Source: Octopus sinensis
Taxonomy: Eukaryota
DNA length: 64,000 nt
Direction: 5' to 3'
NCBI RefSeq assembly: GCF_006345805.1
Contig: NC_043020.1
Location: forward strand, 15,252,001-15,316,000
Part shown: piece after piece, positions 26,332 through 40,166 of the stretch
Numbering within the stretch: position 1 is the first letter of the stretch
Layout of the letters: each line of letters opens with the position of its first letter
Made by a program: the position numbers and the translations under genes
Notes under the pieces: model-generated
Databases searched by the model: none
What the model was told of the DNA's origin: nothing
The model's input: the letters and a program-made list of their open reading frames with translations, nothing else

Positions 26332-27204
26332 CTTAGTGGTTCATCAAAAGAGACCGATAGAATAAGTACTAGGCTTACAAAGAATAAGTCCTGGGGTCAA
26401 TTGATTCGACTAAAAAGAATTCTCCAAGGCAGTTCCCCAGCATGGCCATAGTCTAATGACTGAAACAAGTAAGTGTTTGTTCCTTCTCGAGCCATGCCTG
26501 GCTCATAAGGGCTGGTTTCCCGGTTTCCTTGGCGCATAGGTTCCCCACCTGGATGGGACGCTGGTCCGTCGCAGGTGAGCTGCAAGATGCAGGAGGAAAG
26601 AGTGAGAGAAAGTTGTGGCGAAAGAGTCAGCAGAAGTTCACCATTACCTTCTGCCAGAGCCATGTGGAGCTTAGGTGTTACACTCATAAACACACACATC
26701 GCCCGGTCTGAGATTCGAACCCGCAATCCCTCGACCGTGAGTCCGCTGCTCTAACCACTAGGCCATGTGCCTCCACGAAACAAGTAAATAAAAAAAAAAA
26801 AAAATTTATATATAAATCAGCAGAAAAGTAATAATTTCATAAGCAAAAAAGTTAATTCTAAAATCTCTCTAAGAGATGAACACAATAGTTGTACTAGCAA
26901 GTAATGTTCATAACCACTTCAACATGACTGTTCCATTTGAACGAACTTTACTGTGTTTTTTAACCCTAAGAGGACTTCTCCTCTAGCTGGTTAACGATGC
27001 ACACTTGCATTCGATATATTGCGAGTAGGGTGGCAAACCCCTACCACCTTCTAGCGATGGGACCAGCCTAGAAGTCTGGTTTTTGGGCTATTTCATATGT
27101 ATTTGAACCTACAATAAAGTTTTCAGTATGATTTTTTTTTCAGTTCAAATAAGGTGTGCAAGATGGTTCACTGCCATGCAAAGGTACAAAATCTGATATG
27201 TATA

Positions 27205-27591
27205 TCTCTCTCTATATATAAACGGCAGTTTGTCTGTGCGTGTTTCTGTGTGTCTGTTTGCTTGTACCCTCACCCTGACCACGGCTTTCAACCGATTCTG
27301 ATGAAACTTGACACACACATAGCCCAATGTCATAATTCAAAACTAACGCAACGAAAATTTTGAAAAGTTCCCCCAGTTCTGAAAAAAATCGATAAATTCG
27401 ACATGGGGTCGACAATGAGAAACACAAACCACAAACTGTCTAGGGGACGCAACTCCACCTTTTTTAAATCTCAAAAAAAAATTTACCATCATTTTTTTCC
27501 ATTTTTTTGCTATTTTTTGGCTATAACTCTCTAAAAATGCTTTATAGTTATTTCCCTTACAAACCTGAGCAACGCCGGGCGATACTGCTAG
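27205..27591 (+). mobile_element. Non-autonomous Helitron
   Basis: A|TC 5' end, subterminal gcaacgccgggcgatactgc hairpin, CTAG|T 3' end. Confidence 0.8.
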
Positions 27592-29139
27592 TATACAATA
27601 AACTGAGGACTTTTAAGTGGCTAACATAAGTCAACATAATACCTAATTACTTTAAAGACAGCATTAAATTTTAATGCTATCCTCAAGTGCTTTGTATTAT
27701 CATAAATTTATTTACAGAGTAAGTGTATACTATTAAATAAAGGATATGAAAGAAAATTAGATGTAACATATCAGAAAAACTACAGAAATTAAGAATCGTC
27801 GTTTAACGCCTGCTTTCCATGCTGGCATGGGCTGGACTATTTGACTGAGGACTGGCAAACCAGATGGCTGCACCAGTCTCCAATCTGATCTGGCAGAGTT
27901 TCTACAACTGGATGCCCTTCCTAATGCCAACCACTCTGATAGTGTAGTGGGTACTTTTATGTGCCACCGGCACGAGGGCCAGTCAGGCAGTACTGGCAAC
28001 ACCCACTCTCAAATAGTGCTTTTTTAAGTGTCACCTGCACAGGAGCCAGTCCAGCAACACTGGCAACGACCTTGCTCGAATGTTTTTTCACGTGCCACCA
28101 GCACAAGTGCCAGTAAGGTGACGCTGGTAACAATCATGCTTGAATGGTGCTTTTTACGTGCCACCAGCATGGAAGCCAGTTAGCTGTTCTGGCAACGATC
28201 ACACTCAGATGGTGCTCTTAGTGCTCCACTAACACAGATGCCAGTCATCGAATTTGATTTCGATTTCACTTGCCTCAACAGGTCTTCACAAGCAGAGTTT
28301 AGTGTCCAATAATCATGTGTGTAAATATAACTTAACCCTTTTGATACCCATCTGCCTGAGACTGTCCCATGTTCGATGAAATAAACTTACCATTCTATAG
28401 TGCTTTAAATTATAATCTTCCATCAAAATTTTATCCTAATTTGTCCCAGATCCCAGCTTAATGATGAGAAAGTTATGTTACTAATTTTTTTCTTATTTTC
28501 AAAATTAATTCAAACAAAGACAGCATATGTTAACAGAAATATAGTAACAAAAGGGTTAACAACTAGCAGAAAATCACTTGGAGATGGTATTTCAGCTATT
28601 TTCAATAAAAAACACAGACCATGCTTTCTGCACTGTTTTCTTTCAGCTGTTTATTATTGTCCATCTATATGATCTCCCCCTGGTCACAGTGTACGCAGAA
28701 AAGGTTCAAACACATCAAGCTTGTTGTATTCACTTTATCCTCAACAATTATCTCTGACCACAGGGCTAGAAACACTTGGCCTTTGCACTTCCTTTTCAGT
28801 TCCTGCATAAACTGCACACACAACAAGTGTTCCTGTTATACTATGAATTGAGATTTAAAAAATCTGGTTTCTTTTTGTTCATGGATTTTTTTTCGTTTTG
28901 AAAGTTAAGGCAGAGATTTGCTACAAATAAAATCAGAATACAAATGTAGCATGCTCTGCTACTGAGGCTAATGGATTCTACAGAGAAATGGCAAATAAAG
29001 AATGAATACGAAAACTTTGATATAGTTTTCAAAGTTTACAAGAAAAGATGAACATTGAAAGGTAGATGTGATGCCAAATCTTAGATAACAGGTGAGAGAG
29101 AATCTGAACAGCTTTACACAGGAATGTGCAATAGGTGTG

Positions 29140-29822
29140 TGTGTTGAGGGGAACCTGTGGAAGAGGTAGACCCAGGAAGACCTGGGATGAGGTGGTGAAG
29201 CACAACCATCGAACATTGGGCCTCACTGAGGCAATGACAAGTGACAAAGACCTTTGAAGATATGCTGTGCTTGAGAAGACCCGGCAAGCCAAACGAGACC
29301 ATAACCAGCGCATTTAAGAGTACCCTTCAATCATTGGACAATAAACTATGCTTGCGAAGACCTGTTGAGGCAAATGAAATTGCTGTCATGGCTGATGACA
29401 GTACCGCCTGATTGGCAACCTTGCCAGTGGAACATTATAAGCACCATTCGAGTGTGATCATTGCCAGGGCTGCTGACTGGCTCCTGTGCTGGTGGCACAT
29501 AAAAAAAAACCGCACCATTCGAGCATGGTCATTGCCAGTGCTGCCGGACTGGCTCCTGTGCAGGTGGCATGTAAAATGCACCATTTGAGCGTGGCCGATG
29601 CCAGTACCGCCTCACTCGCCCTCATGCTGGTGGCATATAAAAGCACGCATTACACTCTTGGAGTGGTTGGCATTAGAAAGGGCATCAAGCTGTAGAAACT
29701 TTACTTGATCAGAATGGAGACTGGTGCAGCCTTCTGGCTCGCTAGCCCTCAGTCAAACCGTGCCACCCATGCCAGCATGGAAAACGGACGTTTAACGATG
29801 ATGATGATGATGATGATGATTA
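29140..29822 (+). mobile_element. RTE 3' end: ORF2 C-terminus, hairpin-repeat 3' UTR and (GAT)n tail
   Basis: EGTCGRGRPRKTWDEVVK, then gtggcac..aaaagcacc units, ggagtggttggcattagaaagggcatc and (gat)n. Confidence 0.85.
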
Positions 29823-30129
29823 TACTTGTTATTGTGAGGATATAGATACCTTTTAAAGGGATGTTAGCATCCAAGTTTCACCAGTTAATCCTATGTATTG
29901 GTGAAATAATAAAAGGATGTTAGTTTTTCATTGATACAAATGGGTATATTTTTATTTGTGTACAAGATAGGAAGAAATTATTATTTGTAATTTGAATGAA
30001 TTGAATATGGAAACAATTGTAGGTAATTTGAAATTCTCATTATGTTAATAAATTGATATTTATCTGTCGATCTTTCCATTTTCTTCTTACCTTATGCATA
30101 AATGAATATATATATATATATATATATAT

Positions 30130-30384
30130 GGATCTTTTCAATCTGACAGACTTGTTCGCAAACAGCAGCACTAATTTTCTTCAGCTGAATACATGTCATT
30201 GATTGGTTAAAATTACCCAAATATGACAACTTTCACATGAAATAATTTCTAAAATACAAAATTTTGTCAACAATGTTTAGAGTAAACCCTGTTCTATGTG
30301 ACACATTTTACCAGTATCCGAAGTTTCAAAGTGTTTAGTTAAAGAAATTAATTAAAAAATCTGTCGGTCAGATTGAAAAGATCC
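30130..30384. mobile_element. MITE with GGATCTTTT TIR inserted in microsatellite
   Basis: ggatcttttcaatctgac...gtcagattgaaaagatcc; a related element lies at 23780-24182. Confidence 0.8.
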
Positions 30385-31139
30385 GTATGTATGTATGTAT
30401 GTATGTATGTATGTATGTATGTATGTGTGTGTGTATGTATGTATGTATGTATGTATGTATGTATGTATGTATGTATGTATGTATGTGTGTGTGTATGTAT
30501 GTATGTATGTATGTATGTATGTATGTATGTATGTGTGTGTGTATGTATGTATGTATGTATGTATGAATGAGTATATGTATGTGTGAGTCTGTGCATGTGT
30601 GTGTGTTTTCGTGTCTGTATTTGTCCCCCACCACCGCTTGACAACTGGTGTTGGTGTGTTTACGTCCCCCGTTTCTAGCGCTTTGGCAAAAGGGGATGAT
30701 ATAATAAGTACCAGGCTTAACGAAAAAAAAAAGTACTAAAAATTTTTCAAGGCGATGCTCCAGCATGGCCGCAGTCTAATGACAGAAACAAGCGAAAGTT
30801 AAAAAGATTTAACACTAGATCAGTCCTAACCGAGTAAGCCTACGATTAAAGGCATTCCATCCATGACTGTCTTTTTTACATCAGGCATTATGTTATCCTC
30901 TATGCATTTGTCTGTTTTAAGACAATAATGTGTGATTCGACGAGATGTGACTGCTATTTCTAGCAGGAAGAGTTCTCAACCTTGTTCGAGCCAGCCAATG
31001 ATCCCAAACATTCTAGTTGTGACTGTCCCACTTTTCAGTCTTAGTGTATATATGTATCTAAATGTATACTATCTAATATGTTCTTTCTTGTTTTAAGTAA
31101 GTAGTGCATAATTAAAAAGAAAATAGTAATTTGGTTGTT

Positions 31140-31390
31140 ATTTCTAGCAAGTCTAACAATCAGCTGTGAAGCCGCCTCCACACCCCGGCCGTGACAAGTT
31201 GCGCGCGCAAATGTAGATTTCAACCATTGAAAGTGTTTCACACGACGTTTGAAAAAGAAAGCAACGAACTTGATGTCTGTTTATTTTACTATAATTCTCA
31301 CTGTCTCCATAATATTATGGACTATTTAACGAAAGGGATTAAGGCTGGCAAATAGCCATGTTGACCACCTGTTCTTAAAAGGTATTTTGT
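31140..31390 (+). promoter_or_regulatory. Putative POLQ promoter and non-coding first exon
   Basis: Local CpG/GC enrichment in a CpG-poor window; TTGCGCGCGCAA palindrome at 31199-31210; TTTGAA (CHR-like) at 31248-53; possible donor AG|GTATTT at 31382. Confidence 0.4.
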
Positions 31391-31784
31391 CTCTTTTCCT
31401 ATTTTCTTTTAACACCAAAAACGTGTTCTAAGATCCGCAAACCATAAACAACATCTTACGTATGAAGCAAGGAAGAACGTTTATAAACAATAACTTCGTT
31501 GGCTTCGAACAGGTCATATTTCTTTGAATGATATTGTTTCACGAACAAATCTTACGGAGATTATTCAGAAATCTTTTCGGAATAAACTTATAGTAAATAA
31601 TGACCATCACCACCTAAGTACAGAACGTGGCGGAATTCTGGTTTAAGCACCTCATATAAACCCTTATAACTTTTCCATTTTTTGGAATTTTCAGAAAACT
31701 TTTGCGCATTTATGGGCGTAACTTCGGTATAGGTACCGGAAGTACCGGATACATTTCAAAAAGGTGTTTTTTTTAATATATATA

Positions 31785-32052
31785 TATATATATGGGGGTT
31801 AGGGTTAGGGGTGGGAGAAAAGGGTTTCTGTTATCTTCAGAAATGTAAATGGGTGATCCTTCGGTAAAGGTACCGTAAGTACCGGGAGCCACTTCCCTAT
31901 ATATATATAGGGTTTGGGTTAGGGTTAGGGGTGGGAGAAAAGGGTTTCTGTTATCTTCAGAAATGTAAATGGGCGATCCTTCGGTAAAGTACCGTAAGTA
32001 TCGGGAGCCACTTCTGGTACTTACGGTACTTATACCGAAGGATCGCCCATTT
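31785..32052. repeat. ~120-bp tandem duplication with GGGTTA-like repeats, plus an inverted repeat
   Basis: gggttagggttagggg occurs twice; hairpin at 31966-32052. Confidence 0.85.
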
Positions 32053-32349
32053 ATGTTCTACACATGGGAATTCATACGATTATTAAAAAAGAAGAAAAAA
32101 AATTTTAACCCCTTCCGACCTCCCCATAAATCAGTGAAAGTTCCACTCTTTTTCGAATTTCTTTTTTAAATCAGAGTTTTACAATACGGACAGTCCGAAT
32201 TTTTTGCCGAGATCCCGGCAATGGACCGCCCTTGAATGCATCATCATCATCATCATTCCATTTATTGTGTTTGTGGAGAGAAAAAAATATCGAGAAACAT
32301 CAAAACATGCCAGGGTGGCAAAGAAACGAAAGAAGGTATCAGAGGCATC

Positions 32350-33262
32350 GAGCTGGCAGAATTGTTAGCACGCCAGGCGAAATGCTTAGCGGTATTTCGT
32401 CTAGCATTACGTTGTGAGTTCAAATTCCGCCGAGGTCGACTTTACCTTTCATCCTTTCGGGGTCGATAAATTAAGTACCAGTTACGCCCTGGGGTAGATG
32501 TAATCGACTTAATACCTATGTCTGTCCTTGTTTAGCCCCTTGTGGGTAGTAAAGAAATAGGTATCAGAGACATCAGGTAATCGTGAGATGTGCTAAAAAT
32601 AACAGCTAAATCGCCCTTAAATCACACACACAAATATTTTTTTATAATCGTATGAATTCCAGTGTGGAGAACACAAATTAGCAAAAATTTTCTGAAAATT
32701 CCCCAACATAAAAACAAATGTTATGAAGGTTGATACAGTCGCCTGGTGGGGGTATAAGAGGGAGATGGCATGGTTGGGTTGTCTGTTGGAGCCCTGTGAG
32801 TTGGGAAGAAGTAGGTCAGAAACGCTAGCACGCCAGGCGAAATGCTTAGCGGTATTTCGTCCGCCACTATGTTGTGAGTTCAAATTCCGCCGAGGTCAAC
32901 TTTACCTTTCATCCTTTCGGGGTCGATAAATTAAGTACCAGTTACGCACTGGGGTAGATGTAATCGACTTAATCCCTTTGTCTGTCCTTTTTTGTCCCCT
33001 CTATGTTTATGGGTAATAAAGAAATAGGTATCAGGTGATCGTGAGATGTGCTAAAAATAACAGCTAAATCACCCTTAAATCACACACACACAAATATTTT
33101 TTTATAATCGAATGAATTCCTGTGTGGAGAACACAAATTAGCAAAAATTTTCTGAAAATTCCCCAACATAAAAATGTTATGAGGGTTGATACAGTCGCCT
33201 GATGGGGGTATAATTGAGAGATGGCATGGTTGGGTTGTCTGTTGGAGCCCTATGGGGGACGG
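32350..33262 (+). repeat. ~465-bp tandem duplication (SINE + unique flank)
   Basis: 32350-32805 matches 32815-33262. Confidence 0.9.
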
Positions 33263-34139
33263 GGAAGAAGTAGGTATAATGCATGTGGTAAGGGAGCTAT
33301 TGTTCTGGTTTAATCTATTTTATTAACTCTGGCTACAATTAAATCATCTGGATTTGCTAAAAACATTAGTGAAATCACCCTCAAATCACATCCCACTATC
33401 AAAACAAGATAATGGCATAGGGGAAGGCAAAATTAACCAAATACTTCCAGTTTGCTTGGTAAGTCTGCCACTTTCATTAGACATGTCACTCAACTGTACA
33501 ACAAGATGAGATGCAAATATTGTGGTTGGCAATGGTGAGAGAAATGTGAGGGGTGAAGCTGTAGTTAAATCCATGCCCGACCGTGGGTCATCTAGAGTTA
33601 TCTACAGTTGCCTACAAAGCTGTTTCATAAGAGGAGGACTGAACTGGAGGAAAAGAAGGCGGCACGCGGGGCGAAATGCTTAGCAGTATTTCGTCTGCCG
33701 TTACGTTCTGAGTTCAAATTCCGCCAAGGTCGACTTTGCCTTTCATCCTTTCAGGGATCGATAAATTAAGTACCAGTTACGCACTGGGGTTGATGTAATC
33801 GACTTAATCCCTTTGTCTGTCCTTGTTTGTCCCCCCTGGGTTTAGCCTCTTGTGGGTAGTAAAGAAATAGGAGATGTACTGTAACTGCTCATAAACTAGG
33901 TGTGACTATGATGTGTATTTATCCATTTGATGGGTGAATAGAGATCAGTGATGATGGAAGATCTTCTGCAGCAGCAGTGTTTCAACATCCACATTTCCAT
34001 GCTCACATGAATTGGATGGAACTTGTATCACAGTGATGCTTGTTTACAACTATCATATAATGTCAAATACAAGGAGACAGAAAAGCACACACAAAATTCT
34101 GGGTGGGCAGCAGAAGTAAAGTAGGTGGTGTAGCTAATC

Positions 34140-34545
34140 TTCTGGTGGAGAAATGTGTGACTAAGGTGATTGAGGTAGCCAGATTGTGTGTGATAGGATT
34201 ATTAAGCTAAGGATAATCTTGTTTAATGTAACAGCGGCATTTATCTCTGCATTTGCTCCACATGTCAGACTGGCAGATGTTCAGAGGGACTGTTTCTATG
34301 AATTTCCTCTGCAGACTACCTTGACAGCAAAAGACAATGCTGTTATCATCATGATTGGGGGACTTCAATGGTCATGTTGGGAAACACTCTTGATGGATTT
34401 TATGGTGTGCAGGGAGTTTGTGGCTTTGGTTCCAGAAATGAGGAGGGAACAAGGCTTCTGGAGTTTTGTAATGCAAATGGCTTGTTGGTCTGCAGTACAT
34501 CATTTGTTGAAGCCACCAGCCATGGTGATAACATTTGATGATGAT
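34140..34545 (+). mobile_element. RTE APE-endonuclease fragment
   Basis: FISAFAPHV and, across frames, GDFNGHVG and RNEEGTRLLEFCNAN. Confidence 0.7.
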
Positions 34546-35142
34546 GCTGATGAGCAGGGATCAAACTATTTGAAACATCATCATCATCATCGTTTAGTGT
34601 CCACTTTCCATGCTAGCATGGGTTGGACGGTTCAACTGGGGTCTGGGAAGCCAGAAGGCTGCACCAAGCCCAGTCTGATCTGGCAGTGTTTCTACAGCTG
34701 GATGCCCTTCGTAACGCCAACCACTCCGTGAGTGTAGTGGGTGCTTTTTACGTGCCACCGGTACAGGTGCCAGACGAGGCTGACAAACGGCCACGATCGG
34801 ATGGTGCTTTTTACGTGCCACCGGCACGAGGCCAGTCAGGGGCGGCGCTGGCAACGGCCACGTTCAGATGGTTCTCTTACGTGCCACCGGCACTGGTATC
34901 ACAGCTGCAATTTCCATTGATGTTGATCGAAATATATATTGTAAACATACATTCTAATAACAATCTTATTGAAATCTAATTTCAGGGTGGTGAATGACGG
35001 AATCGGTAAAATGGTAAGTAAAATTCCTGACAGTATTTAGTTTCATCACTTTGCAGCCTCAGTTCAAATGCCATTGAGATCAACACCTTTCAATAAATAT
35101 CAATTGTATTCTAGAGTCAGTTAAATTAATTTTACTCTTAAA

Positions 35143-35657
35143 CCCTTTCGTTACTGTATTTATTTTGAGATGCTCTGTGTTTCTTTCAATTACTTTAAAT
35201 ATAACAAAGAATTTAGTAAAATAACTTAGTTATCATTCAGCTGATGTTAGGAACATAAATTATGACTAAGGTTTGGTGGAAGATTTTAATTCAGAACTTT
35301 TGAAAACAAGACATTAGTACTACTGAGCCAGAGGTGGTTTCAGGCGGGTTGGTATCAAAATGGTTAAGACAGGAAGAACTAGCAGTGGCCCAAGTGTCTT
35401 CATACTTATGTATCATTCATTTTTACATCTGTTTTAACACTTTTGTTACCATATTGCTGTTGAGATGCTCTGTGTTTCTTTCAATTACTTTAAATATAAC
35501 AAAGAATTTAGTAACACAACTTAGTTATCATTCAGCTAGTGTTAGGAACATAAATTGTGACTAAGGTTTGGTGGAAGATTTTAATTCAGAACTTATGAAA
35601 ACAAGACATTTATACTCAGAGCCAGAGCCGGTTTCAGCTGGGTTGGTAACGAAAGGG
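35143..35657. mobile_element. Two adjacent piggyBac-type MITEs of a second family (35143-35363, 35438-35657)
   Basis: ccctttcgttac...gtaacgaaaggg|ttaa; a related element lies at 28336-28555 and a truncated copy at 15350-15530. Confidence 0.75.
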
Positions 35658-36574
35658 TTAAGCCTCATAGCTTTGTCAGAAATTCTTGCTAAAACCCTAA
35701 TTCTATTTTTTTTCAGAAATGATATGAAAATGACAGAAATAGAAATGTATTTCTTCTCCCATTACAAGTAATTGTCTGTTACTTGAATCATTCTAAGATG
35801 TCAGTGTCAAAGACTGGACAAACAGGCCAACGCTTCCTTGGTCGCTTTGCTGTTAGCAGCACATGCAGATCTCTTCACAGGAAAACTTCACGAATTCCAA
35901 AGACACACAGAAAACAAAAACGGTATTTTTGACCTCTGTTATTATTATCATTAGAAAGGCGGCGAGCTGGCAGAATCGTTAGCATGCCGGGCGAAATGTG
36001 TAACCGTATTTTGTCTGCTGCTACGTTCTGAGTTCAAATTCCGCCGAGGTCGACTTTGCCTTTCATCCTTCTCTGGGTCGATAAATTAAGTACCAGTTAT
36101 GCACTGGGGTCGATGTAATCGACTTAATCCCCTTTGTCTGTCCTTGTTTGTCCCCTCTATGTTTAGCCCCTTGTGGGCAATAAAGAAATAAAAATTGTTA
36201 AAATGCCAGGCAAAATGCTTGGCAGCATTTCATCTGTCTTTGTTCTGAGTTCAAATTCCACCGAGGTTGATTTTAACTTTCACCCTTTTGGATTTGATAA
36301 AATAAGTACCAGTTGAGTACTGAGGTTGATATAATTGACTCGCCCCTCCCACCAAAATTCAGGCATTGTGCTTTCAGTAGAATGGATTATCATTATTATT
36401 ATTAAGGTGATGAGCTGGTAGAATTGTTAAAATGCTCGGCAAAACACTTAGCGGCATTTTGTCTGTCTTTATGTTCTGAGTTCAAATTCTGCTAGGGTCG
36501 ACCTTGCCTTTCATCTCTTTCAGTGTTGATAAAATAAGGACCAGTTGAACACTACTGGAGTTGATTTAATTAAT

Positions 36575-36750
36575 TAGCCTTTCTAGTTGATCTGTAGTGA
36601 GTGATTGAGCTTCTTCATTCTGATGGACACAATGGGTCCTGATGCCTGAGGTGGCTGTTCAGGCCAAGGCCTGTATAGAAGAGCCGCGGGCATTTATCGC
36701 AGGGAACAAAAATGTGTGAGTCACTCTTTACCTCTTTGATGTCTAGTAAT
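36575..36750 (-). mobile_element. RTE 3' end with C-terminal C2H2-like finger (CDKCPRLFYTGLGLNSHLRH)
   Basis: ORF 36615-36803 on minus; a second copy lies at 37010-37075 + 37370-37495. Confidence 0.7.
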
Positions 36751-37941
36751 TGACTTACCCACTCCCCTGAAATTACTGGCCTTGTGCCAAAATTTGAAAT
36801 CATTTTTATTATTGTTAGTTATAAGACTGCTTATTGCACTACCATGGTAGAGCTATTAGATTGTTATAAAAAAAAATGTTTTGTGGTAGTTCTTTTGGCT
36901 CTTTGTGTTCTGAGCTCAATTCCTGCTGAAGTCAACCTTTCCTTTCATCTTAGCAGAATCAATAAAATGCCAATTATGTACTGGGGTTGATTTAATTATC
37001 AATTAAATTAAGCCTTTCTAGTTGATCTGTAGTGAGTGATTGAATGTCTTCATTCTGATGGATGCAATGGGTCCTGATCGTTTGTTCCTTCTTGAGCCAT
37101 GCCTGGCTCATAAGGGCCGGTTTCCCGGTTTCCTTGGCGTATAGGTTTCCCACCTGGATGGGATGCCAGTCCGTCGCAGGTGAGCTGCATGGTGCAGGAG
37201 GAAAGAGTGAGAGAAAGTTGTGGCGAAAGAGTCAGCAGAAGTTTGCCTTTACCCTCTGCCAGAGGTGTTTCGCTCATATACACACACATCGCCCGGTCTG
37301 AGATTCAAACCCGCGATCCCTCGACCACAAGTCCGCTGCTCTAACCACTAGGCCATGTGCCTCCACAATAGGTCCTGATGCCTGAGGTGGTGGCTGTTCA
37401 GGCCAAGGCCTGTATAGAAGAACTGGGGGGCATTTATTGCAGGGAACAAAAATGTGTGAGTCACTCTTTGCCTCTTTGATGTCTAGTCTCTACCTCTTGA
37501 CGTCTGTTATTTTCCATCAAGTCCGTTCCCTTGACGGAAATCTTCCTTCTATTATTCTTTTACTATTTTCAGTTACTAAAACTGTGACCATGCTGGAGCA
37601 CCTTCAGAAGTTTTAGTCAATTATATCACCTCCAGTACTATGTAAGGTACTTATTTCATCAGTATTGTATAGTACAAAATGAAAGAGGAGATAACTTGAC
37701 CAGACATTAATACCACATGGTATTTCTGTTTGAATACACCAGTTCTCATCCAGTACTGATATTACATCTATACAGACACATAATGATGGACTCTCTCTCT
37801 CTCTCATCAGTTTCAACACACAAGGATTAGTGTTAGTACTTAATGCTTGTGTTTTACAATGATACACACACACACATATACATCCAAACATGTACATATA
37901 TGTGTATGTATGTATGAATCTGTATGTATGTATGTATGTAT

Positions 37942-38018
<77 letters not shown>

Positions 38019-38131
38019 GTAATATATATGTATATATATACACACACATGTATATATAGTTAAAAAGTAAAAGTGGAGATATGTTTAAAGATTTTTTAAT
38101 ATTTGTTATATTAAGTGACTTTTATAAAATA

Positions 38132-38755
38132 CTAGCAGTATCGCCCCGTGTTGCTCAGGTTTGTTTCGACCCTTTAGAATTGAAATTTTTGAAAAGTAAA
38201 AATTTAGCCTTATGTAGCTTGTTATTCTCTTTAACCCTTTAGTGTTTAAACCGGCCATATCCGGCTCAAATATTCTACATGTTTTATATTCAAACTGGCG
38301 ATATCTAGCTTCTCACACCTCCCCTAGATTGACACTCTAAAAATAAATAGTGACATTATTGAAACCTCAAAGCTATAAGATAATGCATGATTAATTCAAG
38401 TTGATGATGATGAATTTGAATGAAGAAGTATTACATTTAACAGAATAATTTAAACACTAAAGGGTTAAGTGAACATTTTTCTGGTTGAAATACACCAAAA
38501 AATGGCGACACAGCAGTAAAAAAATCATAAAAAATAGGGATTTTTATAGAAAAAAAGCACCTTTCTGATGTAAATAATTTTTGGTGTTAACATGGTCCGA
38601 TTTGAATTTTATCTTCTTCGGAATGAAGAGCAAGCCTTCTTCTATCATACTCTCAATTTTGGTCAACTTGCACCGCAGGGTCTCGGAGGAGATAGTGTTA
38701 GCTGAAGGCTACCAAGCCTGTCACACGCAAACAACTTCGGCTTTATATATATAGA
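38132..38755 (-). mobile_element. Non-autonomous Helitron, interrupted by a piggyBac-type MITE
   Basis: Same termini as the element at 27205, in reverse orientation. Confidence 0.75.
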
Positions 38756-39369
38756 TTGATTGCTGGTTTCAGTATGTCTGTCCAGTTTATCAAAAATATT
38801 AAAAATAGAAATTCAAAGATTAGGAAATAAGAAAAAATTAGAAATTAAAAACAGTTTGTCCTCATATTTTGTGTGTAGTTAAGAACATGTTTGGAATTTC
38901 CTTTTAGGGTCTCTTGACGATGATGATGAGATGATGTGTAGTTCATCTTCAAAAGTTGTAATGAAATACCTGGTCGACATGCTACAAGGCAGATTGGGAA
39001 AATGATGGCCGTGTGGTTAGGGAGCTTGCTTCCTAGCTACATGGTTTCGGGTTCAGTCCCACTGCGTGGCACTTTGGGTAGGTGTCTTCTACTATAGCCC
39101 CGAGCCGACCGGAGCTTTGTGATTGAATTCGGTAGGTGGAAGTTACTGCCGTGTGTGTATGTGTGCGTATAGCTGCTCAGTGCCTCTCCGAAAGAGAGAG
39201 AGGGGAAAACAATAATGAATGCATTGCCCACTGCAGCTTGTATTTTTTTAAATAGATATTTAATAATATTATTTGTTCAATATTTGTGTAGCACAACGTT
39301 GATGAGTCAGTATGTCTCTGTCTAATGTAAACATGTTGCTGTAGATAATGTCTTTATTACAGGAAAAGC

Positions 39370-39417
39370 ATGGAAAACAGTCAGAGAAATGATTCAAAGT
39401 CGGGGAAACTAATACAT
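39370..39417 (+). CDS. POLQ: POLQ candidate first coding exon (MENSQRNDSKSGKLIH)
   Basis: ttacAG acceptor at 39361-62, ATG at 39370, GTAAGT donor at 39418. Phase 0 matches the next exon. No recognisable homology, so support is splice signals and phase only. Confidence 0.5.
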
Positions 39418-40166
39418 GTAAGTTATTTCTAAACATTATTTCATATTGTATTATCCTTTTATCTTGTACTTATTTCTGTTATTAGACTGTGGCCATGCTG
39501 GGGCACCATCTTGAAGAACTTTTAGTCAAATGGATTGACCGCATTGCTTATTTTCTTTTATGGCTTGAACTTATTTGCTGATTTGCTCAGTTTTGGGGAC
39601 GTAAACAAACCAACAAGCAATGGTGAGGGACACAGACACAAAGACACATCATACATATATACATATTTACATACATATATATATATATATATGCCAACCA
39701 CTTTGCAGAGTGTCCTGAGTGGTTTTTATGTGGCTCTGGCTCATATATATAAGTTTTTGTATTTGGTTTGTAAGGTTCTTGATGTGTGGTGTAATGATGT
39801 TCTCAAGACACAAGGTTCATAATCGTCATTTAACATCCATTTTCCATGCTGGCATGGTTTCGACAGTTTGATCAGAGCTGGCTTGGTTTCTATGGCATGG
39901 CTGGATGCCCTTTGTAATGCCAACCACTTTATAGAATGTACTGGGTGCTTTTTATATGATACCAACACCAGTGCTTTTACCTGGCACCAGCACAGGTGCT
40001 ATTACATGGTACTGTCATAGGTGTTCTTCACTTGGCACCAGTGCAGAGCTCTTGCAGGCCAACCTTCTTCAGCAGGGGAGCAGCATTAACACTTCTGCTA
40101 TGGATTACGGACCTTCTTGAGTACATCAAAGCACTATATATAAGCATATTTAGTTATGTTTTTAGT

